From Octopus bimaculoides (taxonomy: Eukaryota): a DNA stretch of 46,983 nucleotides. A program made the translations under genes and the position numbers. The notes beneath the pieces are model-generated. The model ran no database searches. It was given only the letters and a program-made list of their open reading frames with translations, and was not told where the DNA came from. The stretch lies in the NCBI RefSeq assembly GCF_001194135.2, contig NC_068986.1, positions 87,698,620 to 87,745,602 of the forward strand, given 5' to 3'. Below, piece after piece: positions 36,733 to 46,983 of this stretch (positions are counted from its first letter, which is position 1; every line of letters starts with the position of its first letter).

Positions 36733-37208
36733 NNNNNNNNNNNNNNNNNNNNNNNNNNNNNNNNNNNNNNNNNNNNNNNNNNNNNNNNNNNNNNNNNNNN
36801 NNNNNNNNNNNNNNNNNNNNNNNNNNNNNNNNNNNNNNNNNNNNNNNNNNNNNNNNNNNNNNNNNNNNNNNNNNNNNNNNNNNNNNNNNNNNNNNNNNNN
36901 NNNNNNNNNNNNNNNNNNNNNNNNNNNNNNNNNNNNNNNNNNNNNNNNNNNNNNNNNNNNNNNNNNNNNNNNNNNNNNNNNNNNNNNNNNNNNNNNNNNN
37001 NNNNNNNNNNNNNNNNNNNNNNNNNNNNNNNNNNNNNNNNNNNNNNNNNNNNNNNNNNNNNNNNNNNNNNNNNNNNNNNNNNNNNNNNNNNNNNNNNNNN
37101 NNNNNNNNNNNNNNNNNNNNNNNNNNNNNNNNNNNNNNNNNNNNNNNNNNNNNNNNNNNNNNNNNNNNNNNNNNNNNNNNNNNNNNNNNNNNNNATATAT
37201 ATATATAT

Positions 37209-38121
37209 ACATATATATACCGGAGTAAGCCCCAAGGTGGATAATGATGAGTTGAAAACTGTAGTGGAAGTGGATACATCTCAAACTACATGTGAGTTAG
37301 CAGCAAGGTTCGATGTTTTCATTCTAACTATATTGCATCATCTGAAACAAATCAGCAAAGTAAAGAAGCTGGACAAGTGGGTACCACATGAACTGAATGA
37401 GCATCAAATGACACGTCGTCTTGAAATTTGCTGTCCTTTGCTGTCATGGCATGAAAGTGAACCATTTGTGCATCGTACTGGTACGTGTGGTGAAAAATGG
37501 ATTTTCTTCAACAACTGCAAGCGTTTTGCACGGTGGTTGGATAGAGACGAAGTCACATAATCCAGAATAGAAAATTCACCAAAAAAAAGGTGTCTGTTTG
37601 GTGGTCCAGCTGTGGTGTTATCCACTACAGCTTCATGAGACCTGGTAAGTCAATTACAGTGGATATATACATCAGCCAGCTGGATGAAATGATGAGTGAA
37701 CTTGCAATTAAACAAACGAGATCAGTCAATAGAGACAGGCTAATTCTCTTGCAAGAAAGTGCTCGACCGCACGATGCACAAAGAACGCTATTCAAGTTAA
37801 AGGAACAGAACTTCGAAGTATTCTGTCATCCACCATATTCGCCAGAGCTTGCAGCAACTGACTATTATGTTTTCCAGGCACTAGACGACTTTTGCAACGA
37901 AAAAACTTCAAATCTGAAGATGTAAAAACAGCCTTTTGCGATTCTATCACCTCTTGCTCTCCAAAACTCTTTTCTGCTGGCATAAATAGCTACCAATAAA
38001 ATGGCAAAATTGTATTGATAATTTAGGTGCATACTTTGATTGACTGCAGTGTTTTTTGTTAAGATAAAGTAAAATAAACTTTCAGTTCAAAATCAGACAT
38101 CTAATGCTAAATGACCTGATA
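37209..38121 (+). mobile_element. mariner (DD34D) transposon remnant, 5'-truncated
   Basis: KKLDKWVPHELN, TCGEKW (TCDEKW), SVWW..GVIHY, LLQESARPH (HDNARPH), HPPYSPELAATDY. Ends acctgata at 38114-38121, resembling a mariner TIR end plus TA. Two of three catalytic Asp residues are mutated. Confidence 0.93.
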
Positions 38122-38676
38122 GTTTCAGCTCAAATGTTGCGGTCACTCTGGGGCTCCATAGGTAACTATGCATATATGTGTGTGCGTGCATGTGTGTGTG
38201 TGTGTGTATGTGTGTGTGAGTGTGTGTGTGTGCTTGTGCGTGTGTGTATATGTGTGTGTATATGTGTGTGTATGTGGTGTGTGCTTTGTATAACTGGACT
38301 GAAAACTTCGTAACGCGCATTTAAGAGCACTTATGTCGTTATTTGTCCACATGGGTATTTTCCAGGTCGGATACACGTGCGGAACACCTCTTTGTATAAG
38401 ATAAATACTAAAATAATATAAAACGTGGCTTTAATAGTAGATCGCAATATTTGTTTGTGCACTGCACACATGTTTTAAGTGCTGCACTAGTTGAAGCACT
38501 CCATACATGGCTGTTACTGAAAAATATTCTCCACTTTAGTAATTATAAAGAATGCTCTTGTATAATGGGATATGAATATAAATTCGGTAATTTAAAGCTT
38601 GTACGTGGTGCAGAAACAAAATATGTGGCCTACTGTTATAGTCTGATATCCACCAATCTCGTATTATATTATACCT

Positions 38677-38749
<73 letters not shown>

Positions 38750-38767
38750 TGTGTGGGGGGGGGGCGT

Positions 38768-38878
38768 GTGCCTATTACATCGGCCAAGTTCTCAACGGGT
38801 GCAATTTTATTGAGCCGAAAGTCGACCTCGGTGGAATTTGCCTGGCGTAGTAACCATTCTGCTAGCTCGCCGTCCTGC
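38768..38878 (-). mobile_element. Internally deleted Nin-domain SINE
   Basis: The reverse complement reads ggacggcgagctagcagaatggttactacgccagg|caaattccaccgaggtcgactttcgg. Confidence 0.7.
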
Positions 38879-39039
38879 CATAACTAAATATTGCAGCGAA
38901 TTTTATGTGACGCTCTATTCGTTCTGTTAATTATGAGGTTCAACAGCGACAGTAGCAATTCTTTCTAATATAGGAAAAAGGCCTGGAATTTTGTTGGAGG
39001 AGCTAGTCAATAACATCGACGCCGTTGGTCAATTGGTTC

Positions 39040-39397
39040 TCATTTTGAACACCAGGATAAACGTCCAAGTCAATCTTAGTGGAATTAGAATTCAAAACCT
39101 AAAGCCCGAAGAAATGCCGCTTCGCATTTTATCCGGTATGATAACGATTCTGCCAGCTCGGTGCCTTATCAACGATAATAAAAGTGCGTTCCACTATAGG
39201 CACAAGGCCTGAAATGCTTATGAGAGAGGGTTAAATTACATTGAACCCAGTGCTAATCAGGTACTTGTTTTATCGACGCCGAAAGGGTGGAAGATAAAGT
39301 CGGCTTCGAGGGCATTTGAACTCAGACGTTGAAGTCGGAAGAAATGATGCTATGCATTCTGTCTGACACGGTAACGATTCTGCCAGCTCGGCATCTT
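39040..39397 (-). mobile_element. Two tandem Nin-domain SINEs (about 39040-39166 partial; 39190-39397 near complete)
   Basis: Both contain acgattctgccagctcgg (reverse complement of the head); the second also has the ttatcgacgccgaaagg core and the cactataggcacaaggcctgaaat tail. Confidence 0.85.
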
Positions 39398-39899
39398 AGT
39401 AATAATAATAATATCACTGCAGAAGATACAAGAAAAAAAATCTGCGATAGCAACATTGATGTCAACAATAAAACGTGTATAATTAAGTATTATTATTGAA
39501 TAGATAACGAATTATATTTGAACGGAAAGCAATATTTTTACAGAAAATAATAAGATTTTGAGAAATAAAGGTGTACGCTGGTGTAAATTAAAGAGCTTGA
39601 AATAAGGCGGAATCGAACCTGTGTCGCATACATGTATTTTCAGTTTATTTCCTCGGTCTTGGGTGTTCAGCATTGTCAGTATTATCATTGCTAACAACAC
39701 AACTATAGCAAATGCTGCTGTTAGACTGGTTGCCATTATAACGATTGTTTTCTTGTAGCTGTCATTATTATCGTTTGACGTTGTTTTGCTATAGTTGTTA
39801 CTGTTGTTGTCATTGTGGTAGTTGTTGCTATTATTGTTATAGTGGTTGTTTTTGTTGTTGTTGTTATTGTTGTTGCTACTGTTTTTGTTGTTGTTTTAT

Positions 39900-40260
39900 C
39901 GGAAAGATTTCCACCAGTTCGCCATTTGACAAACATTCCATCAACAATGGCCGCTGCCAGTGAGAGAGGTGCAAGGCGGAAGTGGATCTGTGATGAAGTC
40001 AATCGCTGCATTATTGGTCTTAATACACATTGAATGGCAAACTGGACACTGGTCGGCCATAATGGGCCACTAGCTTAGTTCTTTTTTTGTTATTGGTCAG
40101 ACATTCAGCAGCTTAATGTACAATGAGCGAGCCACGACTTTCACTTTCACTTTCTCTATCACGTGCCGGATATGGTTCAATCGAAGTAAGGAAAGAGGTG
40201 ATGGCGGGGGGTTCGTGGAGCGTCATTCATAAAGCTGTTTGTGACGCTGAAATGTTGGAT
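39900..40260. promoter_or_regulatory. Candidate cis-regulatory island (promoter or enhancer)
   Basis: GC-richer non-repeat stretch carrying ATGGCCGC (YY1-like), GCGGAAGTG (ETS), two ATTGG (reverse CCAAT), CTTTCACTTTCACTTTC (IRF/Blimp1-like) and CACGTG (E-box). Confidence 0.35.
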
Positions 40261-40376
40261 ACATGCCTATTGATAGCTGTATAGGAACTGTAATGAGATG
40301 TTCGATTACGCACGTATATGTGTGTGTATGTATTTATGTGTGTGTGAGAGTGTGGTGTGTGCAGGCGTGTATGTGC

Positions 40377-40407
<31 letters not shown>

Positions 40408-41783
40408 ATGAGTGTTTGTGTTTACATATATATGAGTATATCGTGTGGGTGTAGGTGCGTGCCAGTGCTTAAATATAAGTACATATATGAACAATTTATG
40501 CACATATACGTACGTATAGGTGTATGATTTGATGCAAATGTATGTAAGTGTGCGTACAACTATGTATGTACCAATGTGTACGTATACATACAAGTAACTG
40601 TATGCATATATGTATGCATAAATGTATGAAAGTATTTATGTCTCTATGTATGGATGGAAGTGCATGCAGATATCTAATCGTATGCATGTATGTATACATG
40701 CTATTATATGTATGTCTCTGGATGTGCATAAGTGTGACTCTGTGTGTGTATGGGACAGTGTTGTGTGTGCATGTATGAGACATGCAGTGGACGTTATGGA
40801 GTACATGCTATCAGTAACGCCGTGAGTGTTTATGTGATGGGTTGCAAATTGGAAACATATAAATACAGTTATATACATACATATATATATGCGCATATAT
40901 ATCTGCGTGTGCCTTCGCATATACATCTGCCTAAGACCATGTACGTACACAGCATTTACACACGTATGCATACATGTGTGTGTGTATGCGTGTATATGTA
41001 TTTATTCATAATTATATATCCATACAAAATTTTAAATACATTTGCGTGCATGTGTAGTAGTAACAATGGCTTAAAACAGAAGTAAATACACACACACACA
41101 CATACATATATATAAACAAATATATTTAAATAGATAGATAGATAGATAAATACTGTCGTATATATATATATTGATATATGGGGTTAGTTCACATGCTTAT
41201 GAATGTCTACAATTTCTCTTGTAAACAACGTTACAGGCGAATGCGACCACAACTTAAATGCATAAGCACTTACACATATATGTGATTTTCAATAGAAATT
41301 TATGTGTGTATAATCACATATCGTACACAACTAGAAGCTCACCCCGAACATGTATGTATGTATGGATGTAGATTTATAGATAGACCATTAAACTGATAGA
41401 CATGGAAATATATATATTTATGTGTATGTGTATATGTATGTATATATATNNNNNNNNNNNNNNNNNNNNNNNNNNNNNNNNNNNNNNNNNNNNNNNNNNN
41501 NNNNNNNNNNNNNNNNNNNNNNNNNNNNNNNNNNNNNNNNNNNNNNNNNNNNNNNNNNNNNNNNNNNNNNNNNNNNNNNNNNNNNNNNNNNNNNNNNNNN
41601 NNNNNNNNNNNNNNNNNNNNNNNNNNNNNNNNNNNNNNNNNNNNNNNNNNNNNNNNNNNNNNNNNNNNNNNNNNNNNATATATATATGCATACATATATG
41701 TATATATATGCATACATATATGTATATATATGTATATATATATACAGGTATATATGTTTGTGTGTAAGTACACACACACTCAT

Positions 41784-41827
<44 letters not shown>

Positions 41828-42017
41828 ACATATATATATATACGTATATATGTATGTATAAATTTTGTGAAAATACCCATATTGTGTAGATACCCATAAA
41901 CATTGTTCTATATATACCAGTGTATATCTGCGTACCGAGGGACATTAACGTTTTCTCTTTTTCCATTACAACTTTCTCGCCATTTTTGTATTTGTCTGTG
42001 TGTCTGTCTATTTAACT

Positions 42018-42048
<31 letters not shown>

Positions 42049-42083
42049 CTTCTCTCTCTCTCTCTCTCTCACTTTCTTTCTCC

Positions 42084-42122
<39 letters not shown>

Positions 42123-42529
42123 TTCTCTCTCTCTCACTTCGTTAATCATAGCTCACTCTCATTCTGGCCATTATTTCCTGCAAAGCAAATGTGATTTCGC
42201 CAAAAGCTACACATTTGCAGACAACACTATCAATGAAAAAGGGAAAACTATTTCCAGTAAAACCTTCTAAAACGAGATTTGTAAAACTGGCCAACGTCTA
42301 ATGGGATCTCTATTCAAAACTACTAAGGTGAGAGATAGAGAACGACTATCACTACATCTTGTATTCCAAATTCTAAACGACCATCTCCATCAACATCACT
42401 CACACAGATATTGCCATTGTGATCATCGTCAACGGTTTCGTCATCATTGCTGTTATTACTGTTGTCATGGTTATTGTTTAGTGATTCCTCCTCCTACTGT
42501 TACGATCCGTTCATTTCCCTTATCCGTTT

Positions 42530-42634
42530 CCTCCTCCTCTCTATGATCAACATTACTGCCATCATCAACTTCATCGTCATCATCATCATCAACCTCATCC
42601 TCAACCTCAACCTCATCTTCATCGTCGTCATCAT

Positions 42635-42672
<38 letters not shown>

Positions 42673-42759
42673 CCTCATCTCCTTCCTCAGTTTCTTCGAA
42701 TTTCTCATTATTAGTATCATCGTAATCACTATCTGCATCCTCACTGTCTTTGTCATTTA

Positions 42760-42824
<65 letters not shown>

Positions 42825-42846
42825 TAATAATAGTAATAGTAATAAT

Positions 42847-42879
<33 letters not shown>

Positions 42880-43014
42880 AAGAAGAAGAAGAAGAAGAAG
42901 AAGAAGAAGAAGAAGAAGAAGAAGAAGAAGAAGAAGAAGATGATGATGATGATGATGATGATGAAAAAGTAGGAAAAGAAGAAGAAAAAGGATGACGATG
43001 ATGAAAGCAGTGAC

Positions 43015-43046
<32 letters not shown>
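42530..43046. repeat. Compound (CAT)n/(AAT)n/(AAG)n/(GAT)n arrays
   Basis: Direct reading. Confidence 0.95.
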
Positions 43047-43048
<2 letters not shown>

Positions 43049-43564
43049 TGGCTTTCATGGCTTCTCATCTTAACTGATTGGAATGGTTATTATGTACATT
43101 GTTTTGTCTTGGTATAAACAATGGGCTACAGCAAATATTCTGCTCAGTTCCACATATTTGCTTGTTAGTTGTTTAACCTTAACCAGCTGAGTATGTCTTT
43201 AGTGGCTGACGATATGTGCATCTCTGATCACGAGCAGAAGTAGTGGGGGGGCATCATAGCCATGTGTTGAGAGGAGTTGTTTGGGGATTGGATAATTCAC
43301 CCTCGAAAAATGCGCGTTTCATTCAACATCCTTAAACAACCCTTATTCAGGGACCATTTGACCAGGATGGGCTACTGGACCTGAAGAAAATTCTAATAAG
43401 GCTCCACCTGCAAGGTTATGTGCTCTTTATCGCGATATGAAAACACTACCTCACGCACATATGGTTGTGATGCATGTGCCCAGACGGGTAGCCATGATGG
43501 GTATACTGGGCTTCGTATATCTTATCCGAGTGTCATTTTGATGGCATGCACTGCTCCCTCACTC
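43047..43564 (+). mobile_element. Unclassified non-coding unit of about 520 bp embedded in (AAT)n
   Basis: Complex sequence with no recognisable protein homology, bounded by (AAT)n on both sides; resembles an interspersed repeat I recall from octopus DNA. Confidence 0.45.
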
Positions 43565-43634
<70 letters not shown>

Positions 43635-43639
<5 letters not shown>

Positions 43640-43978
43640 TGTGGCACCTCAAGGCGCCTAACATACCAGTGATTGTAGGATCTCTAGGAATGATAAAAAA
43701 AGGTACTGAAACCTATTTGAAAATGATACCAGGTTTACCATCCCTACAGGAAGTGCAAAAAATCGTGCTAACTGGAACGACTCATGTACTGAGAAGAGCA
43801 TTATCGCTGTAAAAACAACATCCATTCATGAATTTTTTTGTTTTCTTAAATACATGTTTTACCTGTGAATTTGCGTGTGTAAACTGAGAAAGCATACGAC
43901 GAGTTCCTCTGCTCTAGGTGTACGGAAAACACTCGGCGAGAAATGGAAGAAAATTTGAAGAAAGAAGAAAAAAAAAAC
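43635..43978 (+). mobile_element. R4/Dong LINE 3' fragment (copy E) flanked by (AAT)n on both sides
   Basis: KMWHLKAPNIPVIVGSLGMIKKGTETYLKMIPGLPSLQEVQKIVLTGTTHVLRRALSL* plus 3' UTR; (AAT)n at 43565-43633 and 43979-44026. Confidence 0.9.
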
Positions 43979-44013
<35 letters not shown>

Positions 44014-44026
44014 TATAATAATAATA

Positions 44027-44200
44027 TTCTCTACTATAGGTACAAGGCCTGAAATTTTGGGGGAGGGAACTGATCGATTACATCGACTGCAGTTTTGTAC
44101 TGGTACTTAATTTATCAACCCCGAAAGGATGAAAGGTAAAATCGATCTCGGCGTAAGTCGGAACGTAGCGATGGGCGAAATACTGCTAAATATTTCGTCC
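44027..44200 (-). mobile_element. Nin-domain SINE with an (ATT)n tail
   Basis: + strand ctactataggtacaaggcctgaaatttt...ctggtacttaatttatcaaccccgaaaggatgaaagg is the reverse complement of the Nin core and tail. Confidence 0.88.
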
Positions 44201-44223
44201 ACTTGATAATGAAAATAATAATT

Positions 44224-44287
<64 letters not shown>

Positions 44288-44289
<2 letters not shown>

Positions 44290-44960
44290 CAAAATGAAAA
44301 GAAATACAAGTAAATGCAGAATCACTAAATATAAAAAGTATGACAATTAACTGCAGAAAATGTGGTGATGGAGAAGAAACAATAAATCATATCGTCTCTT
44401 GATGCCCAGTCTTGGCTAAGAAGGAATATATTCATGGACACAAGAGAGTTGGGACCTATATACACTGAAAGCTATGTCAATACTATGAAATAACAACAGA
44501 AAAATGATGGTAGAAGCACACCCTAGAAACGGTCATAGAAAATGAGAAAACAGTCGCATGGCAATACACACAGATATAGAAATTAAGGCGAATAGGTCGG
44601 ATATAGTTGTCAGAGATCACTAAGAAATGAATGCTTTTTAATCGAGATGTCAGTACCAAGAGAATACAACGTTTCTCTAAAAGAAACGGAGAAATTTTCA
44701 AAATGCAAAGATATAGAAATAGAGGTAACTCGAATGTGGATCCTAAAAGCAAAAACAATTCCTAATAAAGTAGGCGCATTAGTTATGGTAAAAAAAAATA
44801 TTCAGACAAAAATGCATACCGAAAACACCAGGGCTTATTCGTATATATAGCACACAGAAAATTGCACTACTAGGTACCGCACACATCCTACTTAAAACAC
44901 TTTCAATACAGTGAAAATAAGAGTACCACAACAAACCACAGCACATACACAAGCAAAACA
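44288..44960 (+). mobile_element. R4/Dong LINE 3' fragment with zinc knuckle and RLE (copy F, same subfamily as B)
   Basis: CRKCGDGEETINHIVS*CPVLAKKEY..IH*KLCQYY..IKANRSDIVV..IEMSVP..KETEKFSKCKDIEIEVTRMW..QKIALLGTAHIL.KTLSIQ*; the 5' end abuts (AAT)n at 44226-44287. Confidence 0.92.
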
Positions 44961-45021
44961 ATGACAAGTACACACATGTACTGGCAGAGCGCACACTCAT
45001 ATATATATATACACACAGACA

Positions 45022-45157
45022 CACGTTGGGTTTCCACTCTGTTTCCGTCTACCTATTTCACTCACAAAACATTAGTCTCCTCGGGCTAACACTTGCCCAA
45101 TAGGCTATGTGCGATGATTGAACCTGAAACCTATGGTTGCGAAGCAAGCTTCTTGAT
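45022..45157 (-). mobile_element. 5' half of a CORE-like tRNA SINE
   Basis: The reverse complement reads aagaagcttgcttcgcaaccataggtttcaggttcaatc...ttgggcaagtgtt...gtagacggaaac. Confidence 0.7.
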
Positions 45158-45222
45158 AATGCAGCAGCAATGTTGATGATAATAGAAACAACAACAGCAA
45201 TAACAGCAACAATAATAGTAGC

Positions 45223-45287
<65 letters not shown>

Positions 45288-45319
45288 TAACAGCAACAAC
45301 AACAATAATGATAATAATA

Positions 45320-45372
45320 ATCCCTTCTATTATAGACACAAGGCCTGAAATTTTGGGGGATGGGACTAGTGG
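45320..45372 (-). mobile_element. Nin-SINE 3' tail fragment with an (ATT)n tail
   Basis: cccttctattatagacacaaggcctgaaattttggggga lies next to (AAT)n at about 45220-45320. Confidence 0.7.
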
Positions 45373-46983
45373 AATGTAATCATTTTACATGTGATAATTC
45401 CTTCTATACATACGCAAATATGTGAAGTTAGAGAGATAGGTCTTCGAGTTTAGCATCAACTTAAACACCTACTTCATGGATGTGTACTCTCCTTTATGTT
45501 TTGTAAAGCTTACGATATACAATTTTGGTTTAGAGAGTATCNNNNNNNNNNNNNNNNNNNNNNNNNNNNNNNNNNNNNNNNNNNNNNNNNNNNNNNNNNN
45601 NNNNNNNNNNNNNNNNNNNNNNNNNNNNNNNNNNNNNNNNNNNNNNNNNNNNNNNNNNNNNNNNNNNNNNNNNNNNNNNNNNNNNNNNNNNNNNNNNNNN
45701 NNNNNNNNNNNNNNNNNNNNNNNNNNNNNNNNNNNNNNNNNNNNNNNNNNNNNNNNNNNNNNNNNNNNNNNNNNNNNNNNNNNNNNNNNNNNNNNNNNNN
45801 NNNNNNNNNNNNNNNNNNNNNNNNNNNNNNNNNNNNNNNNNNNNNNNNNNNNNNNNNNNNNNNNNNNNNNNNNNNNNNNNNNNNNNNNNNNNNNNNNNNN
45901 NNNNNNNNNNNNNNNNNNNNNNNNNNNNNNNNNNNNNNNNNNNNNNNNNNNNNNNNNNNNNNNNNNNNNNNNNNNNNNNNNNNNNNNNNNNNNNNNNNNN
46001 NNNNNNNNNNNNNNNNNNNNNNNNNNNNNNNNNNNNNNNNNNNNNNNNNNNNNNNNNNNNNNNNNNNNNNNNNNNNNNNNNNNNNNNNNNNNNNNNNNNN
46101 NNNNNNNNNNNNNNATTGTAGAGCTCAATAATTTATCGAGCTTATGTATTTGTATATGCAACGCGACATGTTCAGGGATCTAGAGAAAACACTGTTGAAT
46201 TCCTAAATTTATTTACACTTATTTGAGTATTTTCAGAAAATGAACTACTCCTTTAAACTTGCAACGCGGTTTCGAAATCATTTAAAGTCTTTTCGTTTAC
46301 AAAACTGTCCAAACCCACATTTATTTTTTATGCCTTTTGTAGACTTGATCTTATTTTCTTTTCTATTCTTAAAAAATAACGCTGAATAAATACATCATCC
46401 CTATTTTAAATTTCATTTTGTATTAAACATTCATTTTTCCCTCTTACTTTGATTATTAAACTAATTTGAAAACTTCCATTTGCGAATGTCTGAGTGTAAA
46501 ACATGTGAGTGCGCTTTTGTTTGCATCAGTGAAGTAATATTTTTAGATATATATATATATTTCAGGATATATAACAACGGTGAAGTGTAACATCTGTCCC
46601 AAATGACCCAACCATATTAGAGCACGACATCAGTTCATCAACAATTAGATAGCTGTTTCAAAGTTGTGTGGATATAACAAACATTGTTTACATATACGTA
46701 GCTAGGTTGCAGTTTGTGCTGCGTGACAAATCTGATTAACGTTTGATTGACGTGTACATAACTATGTCTGTCTGAATTTATGTATACATATATGTATGTG
46801 TGTGTATGTGTGTGTGTGTGTATGTGTGTGTGTACGTATGTATGTATTATGTATGTGTGTGTGTGTGTCCATATATTTATCCATGTAAATATACATACAT
46901 ATATGTATATATATGTACGTTTATGTATGTATAACTGTATATATGTATGAATGTATATATGCATATATATATATATATATATA

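Overview
Repeat-saturated, AT-rich animal genomic DNA from a gapped short-read assembly, with many N-runs flanked by microsatellites. The microsatellite density and the tRNA-derived Nin-domain SINEs point to a coleoid cephalopod, probably Octopus; this is inferred from repeat content only. No intact host protein-coding gene can be supported, and almost all ORF-track entries are microsatellite or N-gap artefacts. The real coding signal is degraded transposons: a Penelope-like fragment, a Helitron helicase remnant, RTE LINE fragments, a CR1/L2-superfamily remnant, Tc1 and mariner transposases, and eight pieces of R4/Dong-type RLE LINEs. Main observations: (1) a head-to-tail, same-strand stack of R4/Dong fragments in (TAA)n arrays with strict strand polarity, opposite to that of SINE (ATT)n tails; (2) an RTE copy with twin-priming-type 5' inversion geometry; (3) a tRNA-like composite element with layout rc(A)-B-C-tRNA-A-B; (4) a 99-bp near-perfect inverted repeat; (5) two hammerhead-like motifs; (6) a dense transcription-factor motif island near 40 kb. 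All alignments and translations were done by eye.
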